This document shows positions 41,301 to 54,700 of a stretch of DNA of 64,000 nucleotides, one piece after another. The notes below the pieces were generated by a model. The model ran no database searches and was not told where the DNA came from. It saw nothing but the letters and a program-made list of their open reading frames with translations. Both the position numbers and the translations under genes were made by a program. This DNA is from Octopus vulgaris (Eukaryota): contig OX597820.1 of assembly GCA_951406725.2 (NCBI GenBank), forward strand, positions 101,742,001 through 101,806,000, given 5' to 3'. Every line of letters starts with the position of its first letter. The first letter of the stretch is position 1.

Positions 41301-41853
41301 TAAATTTCATATTTTCTTATTCAAAACTATTGGTAACGTATTCACCTTTTTTTTTTTTTATTGAATCAGCTGCTGACTAACATATCTTGTGTTTTTGTTT
41401 GATTGTATCCTCATTTCTATATTTTTCCGCTATGGTTTAGTTTTCATTGTGGAGTCTTCTCCACCATAATTGTCAAACCAGCATTGTTGTTTTCCCTACA
41501 GTTTTGTAGATTTATTTTCTAAATGTTTCTTAACTTTTAGTTTTTACTGAATTTGACCAGCATTTAAATTGAAAATTTTGGCAAGCATAGAGCTGTTTAT
41601 TGTTTTAAATTTATCTTCATATCATCGTTCATGCTTGTAGAAAGGAAATTTCTGTATCTAGATAGCATAATGCTAAATTTGCACGTATTTCTATTTCTTG
41701 TAGGTATTCACTATCTATTTTCTAATTTTCTAGTAAAATTTTTCAGCAGAATTGATTTTCCTTTGTTTCACTAATTCTGATAGATATTCAGAAAGTTATT
41801 GCTTCAAATGCTTGCTTGCATTTGTTTAAGGATCTTTTCCAAGCTTTTTAAAA

Positions 41854-41899
<46 letters not shown>

Positions 41900-42809
41900 A
41901 TGTATGGCTTCCTTTTGTCTCAGTGCTATTTCTGTTTGCACATTGTTCATTTCTCTTAGAAATGGGAGTGGTTCTACATTCTTGGTTTGAATAATGCCAT
42001 TATCAGCCTTGGTTATTTTCTGCATGAAGTTTTTGAAGAATTCTCCTTGTATTTTCAATGTACTTACAACTTTATTTGAACATTATATTCAATTTTATAA
42101 CAAGTATTGTCATCTTATCAGATATTTCCATAAGAAGCTTCTCTGAATCTATAGTGTTCTTTGGCTGTGATATTGAATGCAGTCCATTCATTTTGAATTC
42201 TTGCACTCAACAATATGTAGGAATAGAAAGTTCTGCACAGTGTACAAAATAGTATAATGACAATCCTTTATGCTACAGGCACAAGGCCTGAAATTTGTGG
42301 GGAAGAGACTAGTCAATTACATCGACCCCAGTGCTCAGCCAGACTTATTTCATTGACCGCCAAAAGGATGAAAGGCAAAATCGACCACGGCAGAATTTGA
42401 ATTCAGGGCATAAAGACGGAGTATAGTATATTGATAATAATGAGGAAATATTAGTCAGAAATATAAAAGGTCTTTGAACTTACTAAAGGAAATAGAATGA
42501 AATATTGTTTAATTCTTTGCTCTTTATATCTATATATCTGGCTATAAAAGACTCAGTACCTGACTTTCTATAAAAGGGACCAAATATGTTTTATCTTATT
42601 GAGAAAAAGCAGGCTTCCATGCCGGCTGTCACTAGCATGTCAACCAAGTCAAGTGACAATGAACCATATATCTCTGTGTGTGTGTTTACAGGTACAACAT
42701 ACACATATATATAGGTTAGGAATTTGGATAATGTACAGACCAACATATAAAAAACAGATATCTTTGAGATGTGGATCTTTCACACATAGAGCAGAATAAA
42801 CCGGAAAGA

Positions 42810-43565
42810 CAAGGTAACTTTGAACTAGTTAAAGCATGTTTGTGACATATTTCAACTTCTAAAGACACACTGAAGTTACTGTTGGGAACAAAAATTTCTC
42901 TCTTGTGGTAAAAGGTATAAAAACACAATATCTGACCAGTGTTTCTGCTCTTTGTGGGATTTCCAGATGCAGCGTTTACGGCTCTTTAGCCTTCCCCAGT
43001 GGGAAATACCAAAGAGAGGTTACTCTGAGCAGATTTAAAACAGTAGTTTTAAGTAAAAAAAAAACCAACAAAAAAATGCAAAAGAAGCAATTAATTAAAG
43101 GTGTTTTTACATCTTTTACCCTAAGAAATGATTTTTTTTTCTCCGCGGTAACTTCAGTGAATTTACTTTTAACAGTTAAAATATGTCACAAACATATTTT
43201 AACTAACCTAAAGTTCGCGTATGCCTAATCACTGCTTGGCGCTGATACCGTTGGATTTTTCCCGACCGAGCGGTCCAACAGTGCAATTCAATCAATGTTG
43301 CTGGCTGTTTTATTTTTTATATATATAGTTAAAAGCAATGGCTTTAAATTTACTCAGAGTTACCTCTCTTCGATATTTCAGATCAAGGAAGGCCGAAGAG
43401 CCAGAAACACTGTGTCTGGAAATTTGAGAGAGGGTAACACTTGGTAAATATGCAGAGATGGTGCTTTTATCATAAGAAGCTTTAGTTCTCCATAGTAACT
43501 GTAATGAATTTGCCTTTAGAAGTTCAAATATGTCACAAACATATTTTAACTAACCTTAAGTTTGC
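42810..43565. repeat. Degenerate fold-back element
   Basis: gttaaagcatgtttgtgacatatt (about 42825) is inverted at about 43180 and 43525; about 42955-43040 is inverted at about 43342-43425. Confidence 0.6.
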
Positions 43566-44599
43566 ATATATATGTGTGTGTGTGTGTGTCTGTAAATATA
43601 TATATATATTAATATGTATATATATATATATAATACTGAGCTGAATTGTGATTAGAGAAAATACTGTCATTTAAAATGTCTAATTTGCTAGTGGATTCAT
43701 CTATTATTTAATATAATGAAACTATTTTCATTTATCGACCTTGTTATAGGCATTTATAAGTGCAATAAAAGAACACTGGAGTAAGGTTATTTAAAGATGA
43801 CATCCATTAATGTGTTACTGCTCATAATGATTGCAGAACATAAATGTACATATAAATACATCAATTGTTGCTATTTAAAATCGTCATATTTAATAGGTTT
43901 TACATTTGGATAGAGTTTCCAATTTTGACTATTTGTTGCTAATTCTCTATTTAGATGCTTTAAATTTTAATTTCAGTTACTGTTTGTATTGATGGTGTAT
44001 GTTGTACTTGTTTAACAGAAGGAAGTCTTGGTAGGAAATAAGCTTTAGGTTAAAAGGCCTCCAAGCCATTTGATTTTATTATATCAGAGCGAAAGTAGTA
44101 TTGTTGAATATGTATATATCTAATGTTATTCAAGACTGTAAAATTACACACACACACACTCACATGTATGCATGCATGTATCAATGTAAGTATATATATA
44201 TATATGTTTGTATGTATGCATGTATACATTTATGTATATGTGTATATATATATATATATATAGTTTGTATGTATGCATGTATACATGTATGTATATGTGT
44301 GTATATATATATATGAATAATAATAATATTAGGGAGTATAGCTCCAAACTTAATATATATATATATTATATTAATTATATTTATATTATTTGTTTGTTAT
44401 GTATTGGTTTATGTCTATCACTGTTTGAGTTGCATAATAGTGGTTTTATCTCTAATTCATATTTTATATATATATACGAGCAAAACGCCCCTCCGTCCAA
44501 TTGTCAGTGCTGAATCATATCTGCTGAATAAAAAGCAGTGTTTTCTTTTCATTAAAAAAAAAATTAAGCATGCCTTTATTTCAATAAAATTTTGGGTTA

Positions 44600-45026
44600 T
44601 GTTAAACGAAGTTAAGGCAAAACATAAAAAACTTCTTGAGAAACCAAATAGTCTTTCCTTCCTTCATGCTAAGTTTGAAGAAAATATCTCTTTTGCATCT
44701 TACTTTTTTGGTCTCTTAAATATACTGCATTTTGTGGCATTATTTCAAGCCAGCTGGCTTGTTTGTGCAAACTGCATGTGCATTTTTCTCGCGTATGCAT
44801 AGTATCGATTGCAACAGCTGATGTACTTGCACGTACAAATGCACGTTCCCATGACTTTATCGATCGCATTCTCACCTGGAATCGATTTTTATAATTTTTT
44901 CAACACTTATACATGCCCTGATACCGTCGGTATCTACATATCAAATTTGAGTGCAATCGGATGGAGGATGCCTGAGATCCTAGAAGACACAGACACAGAC
45001 AGACAGAACGGATTTTACAAAATAGA
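44600..45026 (-). mobile_element. Helitron/DINE-like non-autonomous element
   Basis: Minus strand 5' TCTATTTTGTAAAA, (GTCT)n, ccgattgcactcaaatttg; 3' end unclear. Confidence 0.5.
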
Positions 45027-45426
45027 TTACTCAAAGGAGTAAATGTGTGTGTGAGTGACTTAGTTGTTAGGGAGTTGGACTCGTGATCCTAAGATTGTGG
45101 TTTCAATTCTTGGATCAGGCAACGTGTCGTGTTCTTGAGCAAAACACTTCATTTCACATTGCTCTCGTTTACTCAGCTGGCAAAAAATGAGTAATGCTGC
45201 GACGGACCAGTGTCTCGTCCAGGGGGGAATATATGCGACAGCGTATCGTTGGCGATTTTCTTTGCGTCTTCCCTTCTTTGGACTTTTTCTATCTTTCTGA
45301 TGAAGAGCTCCACTCGAAACATGAAATTCTCTTTCTTTTCTTTCCTTTCCTGAGCATCCAGTAACACAGGCCTTGTTCCACATCCTTGCATTGTTGTTCT
45401 TTGTCTTGCTTGTTCTTGTTTGGACT

Positions 45427-45474
<48 letters not shown>

Positions 45475-45739
45475 CGTGCTTTGGGTTCTTAACTACCTTG
45501 ACATCATAGAAGCAGTGTGACAGGCATTTTAGACTTTGCAGAATCCATGTCTCCAGTTCTGTCAATTTCTTCTAGCAAATGAAAAAAATTTCAGCACCAG
45601 TATAGGACTAAGAAATTTGTTTATCGATACCAAAAATAAAATTAAAGTTGACTTGAGTGAGATTTGAGCACAGATTATAAAACAGTCAGAACAATTATGG
45701 CAAAGCAATCAATCTGACCCTCCAATGACTGTGCCATTT

Positions 45740-46078
45740 GGCTGTGTGGTATGAAAGTAGATTCCTAACCACATGGTTTCAGGTTCCGTCGCATTGCATG
45801 ACACCATAGGCAGGTGTCTTCTATATTCCTGGGCTGATCAAAGCCTTGAGTAGATCTAGTGGATGGAAACTTAGAGAACCCTGTCATATGAGTGTGTCTG
45901 TCCGCACCCCATGGCTTGATAACCCGTGTTTGTTTATGACCCTTTAACTTAGAGGTTTGGCAGAAGAAACTGACAGACTTGAGGGAAAAAAAATCCTATG
46001 GTCAATGTGTTTTAATAAAAAGCTTCGAGATGTTGCCCCAGCTTGGCCAGAGTCAAATGAATTAAACAAGTAAAAGAT
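45740..46078 (+). mobile_element. SINE family A (old, diverged)
   Basis: ggctgtgtggta head; caaatgaattaaacaagtaaaaga tail. Confidence 0.7.
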
Positions 46079-46456
46079 GTATGTATGCTTTTGTCTCCTT
46101 TCCTTGACATCCATATGATAATTATAAGCAAGCAGTGACCTTTGTTTCTTAGTTTTTGATTCATGTCTGGTTATGGGGAAATATTACTCTGCTTTGAAGG
46201 AAGTGAGAGTTGGTGACTGGCTATAGAAAATTTGCCCCAACAAATTCCATCTGTCTCAGGCAAGCATGGAAAAGTGGATATAGACACACACACACTACAG
46301 CAGCAATGTTCATCTCACTCTGAAGTACATTTTTTTTTAACACCACAAACTTTGAAGAGATTTTATCTGAGACAATTCCAGAGCTCCATGCCTTCAATAG
46401 GGTATACATATTTAGTATAATACATGAATGGATGGATATACACACACATACAATGA

Positions 46457-46750
46457 AGGTGCATGGCTCAGTGGTAAGAGCATTGGGCTCACAATCATGA
46501 GGTAGTGAGTTCGATTCCCAGACTGGGCTGTGTGTTGTGTTATTGAGCAAGACACTTTATTTCACGTTGCTCCAGTTCTCTCAGCTGTAGAAATGAATTG
46601 CAGCATCTCTGATGTTAGGCTGCATTGGTTTTTTTCCTTTCCTTTGAATAACATTGGTATCGTGGAGAGGAGAGACTGGTCTTCCATAAACAACCTTGCT
46701 CAGACTTGTGCCTTGGAGGGGAACTTTCTAAGTGTAATCCCATGGTCATT
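46457..46750 (+). mobile_element. SINE family C
   Basis: Similar to 21769-22075. Confidence 0.8.
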
Positions 46751-47319
46751 CATACATACTTATATACATACGTCCATATAGGCACACACACACACACACA
46801 CAAAAATTTTATGAAACTAAGATAACTAATTTGATACATATTAGACAATACAAGCTGTGATATAAGATAACCCCACCCACCACTAGACTTACTGATGGGA
46901 GATGAATCATAGGGAACAACATATCGACCAATAGCACACCAAATTAAACAAACACTTGTTCTCATACCTCAGATAGGTGCTTATACTATCAACAGTATTG
47001 TCGTATGTTGAGAAGGTCATTTTGCCAATACTGCCTATTATCATTTAAATTAAATAAAGGAGAAGTTAATTAATTTTTTCAATTGATAATTTTCCATGTA
47101 TAATTTACAGGGTTTATGGAATAGAAGAAAACTATTGCTAATTTTTTTTTTAGTACCACACAATAAAAAGGGAAAATAATAATAATAACAATAATTTCTT
47201 TATTTGCCAGCATGGCCTCAAAAAGAAAAAAATAAACACAACAGAGTGTGATGTACTGAGAAAGAAAATGATCTGATCAGATAATTATAACAACAATAGC
47301 AATAATAATAATAATAATT

Positions 47320-47930
47320 GTTCCTAAATTAAGTTCAAGGCCAACAGCTTTGAGGGGACGGGGTTAGTCGTTAACATCAACCCTGGTTGTTGACTGCTAA
47401 TTCATTTTATTCACCCTGAAAAAATGAAAGGCAAAGTTGATCTGTGGGATTTGAACTCAGAATGTTAAGAGCCAAAAAAAAAAAAATACTGCAAAGCATT
47501 TCTTCTGACGCTTTTACGATTCTGCCAGCTCACTATTCTTAATGGTTTCTAGATTAGGCAAAATGCCGGTAATTTTAAGGGGAAAGGGTTAGTTGATACC
47601 ACTGACCCCAGGACCTAGACAAGTACTTTATTTTATTGACCTTAAAAAGGTAGAAAGGTAAAAATGACCTGAGAATAGAAAGAGCTGGAATAAATACTAT
47701 TCAGTATTTTCCAACAGTTATATGATTTTTACCAGCTCACTACACATAATTTCTTCTATAGGCACAAAGCCGAAAATTTTGGGGACCTGGAGGGGGGAGG
47801 GGTAGTTGATTACATCAACCTCAGTACTTAACTGGTATGTAGTTTAATGACTCCCAAGTCGACCTCGGCGGAACGAAATGCCACTAAGTATTTTCTCTGG
47901 CATGATAATGATTCTGCCAGCTCGCCATCT
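47320..47930 (-). mobile_element. Tandem array of 3 SINE-B-related copies
   Basis: Units at about 47320, 47544 and 47750; (AAT)n flanks. Confidence 0.7.
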
Positions 47931-48007
47931 TCAATAATAATAATAATAACAACAATAATAAATAAATAAATAAATAAATAAATAATAGCAACCAAAGAAA
48001 AGTGAAG

Positions 48008-48013
48008 TTTATT
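48008..48013 (-). promoter_or_regulatory. Candidate polyadenylation signal of the minus-strand gene
   Basis: AATAAA on the minus strand about 670 nt after the stop, at the end of a U-rich, mostly non-TE tract. Confidence 0.35.
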
Positions 48014-48103
48014 TTAATGATTAACTTATTGTACAATTAAGAAAACCCATGACAGGCCACAGGCAAAATCTTATGTGATTTACAACTAAAATTGTATATA
48101 TGA

Positions 48104-48158
<55 letters not shown>

Positions 48159-48678
48159 TTGCATACACACAAAGAACAGTCCAAACTTGACTTTAACTTG
48201 GTTTAATACTTTTCACAAAAAAGAACACAAAATACACATACTGAAAAAAACAAAACAAAACAAAAAGCAGCGTTTCAACAATTCTTAATAAAAAAAAAAA
48301 GAAAAACGAAAATAAGATTATATTGTCTTCAAGGCTCCATTGATTAAAAAAATGAGACAATGAATAACAAATGGTTATTGGTGTTTTCAAGAACAAAACC
48401 ATTAACATGACGACATTAACAGAGGTTCATACATAGCATTAATTCTCAGTCTTAACACTGTAGCATATATTATATTTATATGTGTGTGTTTGTATGTATA
48501 TATGTATGAATTATAACAGAAGATTAATTTCTAATATCAAAGAAGATATAACTAAATCATAATGATATTTTTTTTGTTGTTTTGTCCCACCACCATCTTT
48601 ATTTTGATAGTTGTTGAAATTATTTTAGAAGTTGGTTAACTACTAAAATAAATATCTCAACAGAAATGTCTTTTACAA

Positions 48679-48935
48679 CTATTTGTTTTTATCAATTTCT
48701 TTTCTTTCAGGCAAGGAGTCAAACAGTCGTGAAGTTCCAGAACTTGGTGATCCAAAAGATGTACATTCAACACCAGTGCTTGTTATGTTGGAGTTTTGGG
48801 AATTCCTAGCAGAACCAGAACAACCTGACAATGACCAGTAAAAGTGAAGAGATACCAGAGCAAAGAACACACTACCAATGACTGTTCCATAGTTTTGGGA
48901 AACCAGCAGAGTTTTCAGCAATCCAAAAGCAATCA
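48679..48935 (-). CDS. Terminal coding exon of an unidentified membrane protein
   Basis: Acceptor ttatttctctttcag (AG at 48937-48936); open frame IAFGLLKTLLVSQNYGTVIGSVFFALVSLHFYW (hydrophobic) then a Ser-rich tail ...PERKEIDKNK* ending at TAG 48679; non-repetitive and more GC-rich than its flanks. Confidence 0.6.
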
Positions 48936-50659
48936 CTGAAAGAGAAATAAATAAATTAATTAATTAATCTTATATTCCAAAATTCTAATTAATCATTGTG
49001 ATGTTAAATGGGAAATAATTTAATTCAGCCACCAATTTCTGTCTAGAAATTAAAATTCTTTTAATTACTCAGATCTCAATGGAAGCTGCTTTGGTTGTGT
49101 AAGGAACACTTTGGCATTCTAAAATTAGCAGAAATCATAGAAATATTAAAAGATTTTCAGAGTAAAAATTCCTAACCAAACATTCCAAGGTTGAATATCT
49201 GTTTCATTTCATTTAATCACTTTAATTTTATTTGCTTAAGATAAAATAAAATAAAATAATTACCATGGTTTTTATTATAAGGGATTATATCTGATGAATT
49301 ACAGAAAGACAGGAAACAGATTTGGTGGGTATGATTAAGTAAATGAGATATAATTCAATAAATAAATTCCTTGTAGCCTTAAAACTCATATATAGATATA
49401 TCTTAGTCTGAATAAAATGAGATATCAGATATTAAACACATAAGAGTTAATAACATCTGGCATTAAACAAAAATTAAAAATACAATTATATAATTCAGTA
49501 GTTTTTCTTTTATTCACAGATCAATATTATTTTTCACATCATTAATCAATAACAAAGACAGTTTAGTTGTAAAGTGTTTCTATTGTAAAATAAAAGTCAC
49601 ATTTAATCATCTCAACATTTATTGTTCAAATGTCAAACCTTGCCTTGTAAACATTAATAAAATTCTTTAGATGGTAGCATCAAAACAAAGTCTAAGAAAT
49701 TACATCAAGACATAAATAATTTAACAAATAAAAAATCTAAGATGATTTTAAGAAGTGTATAACTCCAATGATTCAAAATCTGTATTTCAGATAGTACACT
49801 GCTCCCAACTATTTGTAAAAAAATATGAAAAAGAATTCAAGATATCTTTAAAATTAGCAATTTATTTATTTATTCAAATAGTCACATTCAGATTCAGCAA
49901 AAATTTTACTGTTTTTTTAAAATTTTTGTTTTTAGCTCATTTTGTTAGTTTGAAAAATAGTGGTTCTTTTCCTACAGCAGCTCCACTAGAAACTGTATAA
50001 TAAATAGTTAAGCACAAATTCTAACATTTTAAGATATTAGATGTATCTGTATGTTTTGATCAGATGGTATCCATGTGGAAAACATGAGCATAGGTCACAA
50101 AAACATGTTTAGGGGATATATTTCAAGTGTTTTGTTTTTACTGAAACTAAATCACATAACTGTCACAAAAAAAAAAAAAAAAGAAAAATTCAGTTTTGAT
50201 TTTGTTTTTCAATTCTGATAAAAATGAAAAGGGAATTCCAAATGTAGACGCAAAATCAAATATTTAAAAAAAAAAATATAATTAGTCATAAAAATTCACC
50301 TAACAAAAGTGAAATTAAAGTTGTGTATAAAAATAAAATATTTGTAATTTTTTTAATGATAGTAATTAGCAATGCTAGAGCTGAATTTATGACTGGAAAA
50401 ACTTTGTACCAACACCTTTCAGACCAATGTGAAACCAAGAAAAACTGAAAATCACACAGCCTTGATATCTATGTTGTTGATAAGACTAAACATTCAACAG
50501 ACTAGTGGCCTCACCACTAAAAGTTATTATTTATATCTACACAAGATCCCAATCAGTTTCATATTCCAATCAGTACAGATTTCTAGTGGACTAGTAGGTT
50601 AGTTTCTATTAGTTTGAATCCAGATTGGTACTATGTATATCCAAGAATAAAATGCTTAA

Positions 50660-50862
50660 CTTGTTTGTTACTATATTTCTGCTAAAATACAGTTTCCATT
50701 TCAAATAATTTTGAAAATATTGAAGAATATAGAAAAATTACTTAGTCATTATAAAGTTGGTGTTTGGAGTGAAATTTTGACAGAAAATTTTTAGATTTAA
50801 TTTTAGATTTAGTGTGCATCATAAAACCAATGACAGTCTCAGCATGGTTGGTATTAAAAGGG
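50660..50862. mobile_element. piggyBac-type MITE (decayed)
   Basis: TTAA flanks; aaaggg-TTAA end; homologous to 33938-34157. Confidence 0.7.
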
Positions 50863-51094
50863 TTAATAAATAATGAGAGATCAAACTGATCAAAAAGTAG
50901 AGTAAAAGTACATATTGGAAATTATTTTCATCTATAAAGGCTAATGTTAATCATCGAAATAATTAGTATCATAAAATCTGATAGGTTTCAAAATTTGCAT
51001 GACCAAATTTTAAGGATAGAGATAGATGACATTAAAAAATAACAAATACACTTCCATGATAAAATATACATAATCAACTACTATCAACCAAATA

Positions 51095-51977
51095 TGAGGT
51101 CTGATCAATAAGTATCCGGACTGTTGCCATAGTAATGAAGCTAAAGCATGCAGAGTGAAGCCGCTTAGCAAAGATTGACCTTAAACTCTGCTGTGCATGT
51201 GCACTAAGTTTTAATATTGTAGTTCACTTCTGTTGTTTACAGCAGTGCTTGGGAGGAAGGTATGTAGCATGTGATCATCACATTGACCATGACAGAGAAA
51301 GTTGTCATGGCAATACCTGCTCAGAGGCCTGTGCAAAGTTGTGGAAAGTGTATGAGTAGTTCAGACATTTCCAAGATGGACTAAAAAGTGTCAATATTGA
51401 TGAATGTTCTGGGAGACTGACAACCAGCAGAATTGAGAAAAACATCGCAGATGTGCATGCAGCTGTGTGGGGGGAAATTGTCGAATCACTAACTGTGAGT
51501 TATCAGATGATGTACAGATTAGTTATGGTTCAGTTCAGTCCATTATCAATGAAGATTTGAGTATGAGACACATGTCTGCCAAGTTTGTGCCAAAACTGCT
51601 TTCAGCTGATCATAAAGACACTCAGGTTTCAGTTGTACAAGATCTCGTTGATTGTGTTGAGAACGATGAAAATATTTTGAAAACTTTGCATAGGCCTCTG
51701 GACAGGTATTGCCAAGCTTTTGGCAAAATTTGATGCAGATTCTCTGCTCAACTTACTCTTTTAGGGTCAATGCAATCAGACACTACACACCTTCCTTCTA
51801 AGCACTGCTGTAAACAGCAGAAGTGAGCTAGAATATTAAAACTTAGAGTGCATGCACAACAGGGTTCAAAGTCAAGCTGTGCCAAGCGGTTTCACTCTGT
51901 ATGCTTTAGCTTCATTACTATGTTACTTTGTTAGTGTTACTTTAGCAACAGTCTGGATACTTATTGATCAGACCTCA
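51095..51977 (+). mobile_element. Deleted mariner element with long (~175-190 bp) TIRs
   Basis: TA-tgaggtctgatcaataagtatccggactgttgc ... gcaacagtctggatacttattgatcagacctca-TA; internal ISYGSVQSII.EDL.MRH.SAKFVPKLL. Confidence 0.9.
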
Positions 51978-52703
51978 TAAAAGAACTCCAAGAATTTAGG
52001 GCTATTTAGTTCTTAATTCTGTTAGTATACTGAATAAGGTGCGAGAGAGTGATATCTAAATAAAATTAGGATATAATCAACTGATATGATAGCATTATCA
52101 AAAACATGAATTATCTTTAAGTAGAAGAATTCCATAAAATAATATATGAAAACAGTCTCAAAAGAATGACAAACAATAGAAAGGGAAAAGAAAACAGCTA
52201 AAAAACAACAGAAAAAAAAATACATGAATACCAGCATTTGGAAATTGCTTAAAAAATACAAATTACTAAGAAAAATCCACAACGGTATTATTATATAAAA
52301 GTACAAATACCAGAAAACAGAATGAGAGAAGTATTAAAAAGGGTGAGAGTAATATTAAAGAAAGTAAGAATATTATCAAACAATACAAGAGTGCTGTTTA
52401 TAATGATGAGAGGTCAATGAAAGAAGATAGCAGAAGTGTTTATTGAAACAAGAATTAACGCTATGATAAAACATCTTTAACTGAAGCTACACATTAATGT
52501 CAGCCTTTGACAGACGTTTTGTTTATCTTAGCTTGCTTTGTTATTATTTTCTTAATAAGTTATATGGCTTATTTTAGTAAAATCTGTTTACAATCAGTCA
52601 TTTATTTCAGTTAAATACATTTGCAGAAAAAAAATCTACATTTAAAAAAAAAATGTCACAGTGACATTACTTGAAATCTGTTTAAATGCTCAGATGAGAG
52701 AAG

Positions 52704-52774
<71 letters not shown>

Positions 52775-53507
52775 TGAAGGAAAGATAATTTTGGAAATAA
52801 ATAAATAAAAATAAGTCTAAAAACATTGACTATTTTTATCTTGTCTGATGACAATATCAAGTGAATATATGCATTTACATATCATTAGGGACACACAAAT
52901 ATAACTGATTACATTCGAGAATTTAACACAGTAATTACTGAGAAAGACAACAATAGTATGAAAGGAGCGAGAGAGAGAGGATAGCATTGTTTATTTTAAT
53001 TCTGAGAATTCTTGTGAAGATGGGGTTGGTTGGCATCTAACAAAGAAACAAAGCTCTATGTATGGATGTGTGTATATCTTACATATACAAAGATATTATT
53101 AATATATATTGACATCAAGAATAAATGAAAAAAAATATCTGAAGTGTTTTATTAAAATTACAGGCTTTTGAACCAGTTGCACATTTTTGTTTTATATATT
53201 TTCAGCTGACATTGTCCCAAGTGTAACACATGTGTATGTCTGTATGTAATCTATATAAATATATATGTTCTTGACTTTGCTCAACAAGTGATTTGATTTG
53301 ACACGAGACTATGTATTGGGAATAAAGCAGTTGCAGTGTAAGTGTAGTACAGTGATTTTAACCATTAAATGCTTGAAGGTTTTCTATACAGTTGTTCCAT
53401 GCTGCTATGCTAGATATAGCAGCCAAATTCTCAAATCAAACCCTACCATCGTGGCGGCAGGGAGGAAGGACATGTTGATTAATGTAGTTCTAAATATCAC
53501 AAGATAG

Positions 53508-53570
<63 letters not shown>

Positions 53571-53699
53571 AGAGAAAAAGGAGACAAGTTATCAAGATTG
53601 GCTCAATGAGATTTAAATAACAGCATAGACTGTTATATTCATTTCTTAACATTAATTTGTGTTATGATAAATCAAAATCTGTTGTGGTTATCTCTACTT

Positions 53700-53933
53700 C
53701 TGAAAGGGAGCAGTACTTCTCACTGATGGGCAACAGAAAAATATGGATTTAGGGGATAAAATAAATAATAGTTGGGGTTGATGCTGCACTTGTATAGTTT
53801 TTTTAAAAAATTTTTGCCTTGTAACAATTGAATGTAACTCTATAATAAACTGCTTGTTAGTCACAATAACAATGTAATTTTGAACTTAGAAATGTGAACA
53901 AGGAAATAAAGAAAACCAGATACAGACAACCTA
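53700..53933 (+). repeat. ~230-bp direct repeat (second copy about 54969-55217)
   Basis: Shared ctataataaactgcttgttagtcacaat and ttagaaatgtgaa..aaataaagaaaacca. Confidence 0.85.
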
Positions 53934-54299
53934 TGCATCTCTGCAGCCTGATACTCTATTGTTTTGAGTTTCCATGAAGTAGAATATCAATAAAACTATG
54001 TGTTTATTTAGTAAGTCCAATAAGCTACTGCATTAAGAGATTTGCCCCATTGAATATCTGCTAGCCATCCATTTATTTAATTCTTCCATTATAGATTTAG
54101 AACTAGAGCAGCAAGCTAGTAGAATCATTTCTGTATCAGGCAAAATACTTAACAGCATTTCTTTTGGCTCTTTATTACCAACACCATCTATTTCTCTTTC
54201 CGCTTCAGGGTTAGCCAAGGATACCCCTTCTACAGTAAGACAATTATCTCTGTACCTCTATTATACTCTAACCTCATATCTGGCTTACAACCACTTAGT

Positions 54300-54700
54300 T
54301 TCAACCACTTTCTTAGCTGAGGAGTCTTTGTCTTGCAAGCTAATTAGTGAAGCTGTGTAAAAAACACCTATGCTGGTGTCACATAAATAGCACCTGGTAC
54401 ACTCTGTAAAATGGTTGGTATCAGGAAGAGCATCCAGCTGTAGAAACCATGCCAAAGCAGATTAATGGAGTCTAGTGTAGCTGTTTGGCTTGCAAGATCC
54501 AGTTGAACCATTCAACCCATGTCAGCATGGAAGACAGATGCTAAATGATGATGATGACCTGAGTTCAAATTCTTCTGAGGTTGACTGTACCTTTCCATCC
54601 TTTCAGGTTTGATAAGTATGAGTCGAGCACTGGAGTCAATGTAATTGATTTATCCTGTCCTCTCAAAATCATCGGTGACCTACTACCAAAATTAGAAAGA
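54300..54700 (+). mobile_element. RTE 3' end followed by a SINE-B fragment
   Basis: gcatccagctgtagaaacc...gatgatgat, then gagttcaaattc...cctttccatcctttc. Confidence 0.7.

Noticed and set aside
41360-42250. Possible Penelope RT N-terminal relic; also KTPLRPIVSA at about 44482-44511
   Set aside because: Too degraded or too short to delimit with confidence
49938-49993. Minus-strand SSGAAVGKEP resembling the CLC channel GKEGP motif
   Set aside because: Lacks the conserved glycine and hits a stop within 10 codons
54033-54218. 61-aa minus-strand ORF
   Set aside because: Contains SINE-B-derived sequence (EMLLSIL motif also at 62392)
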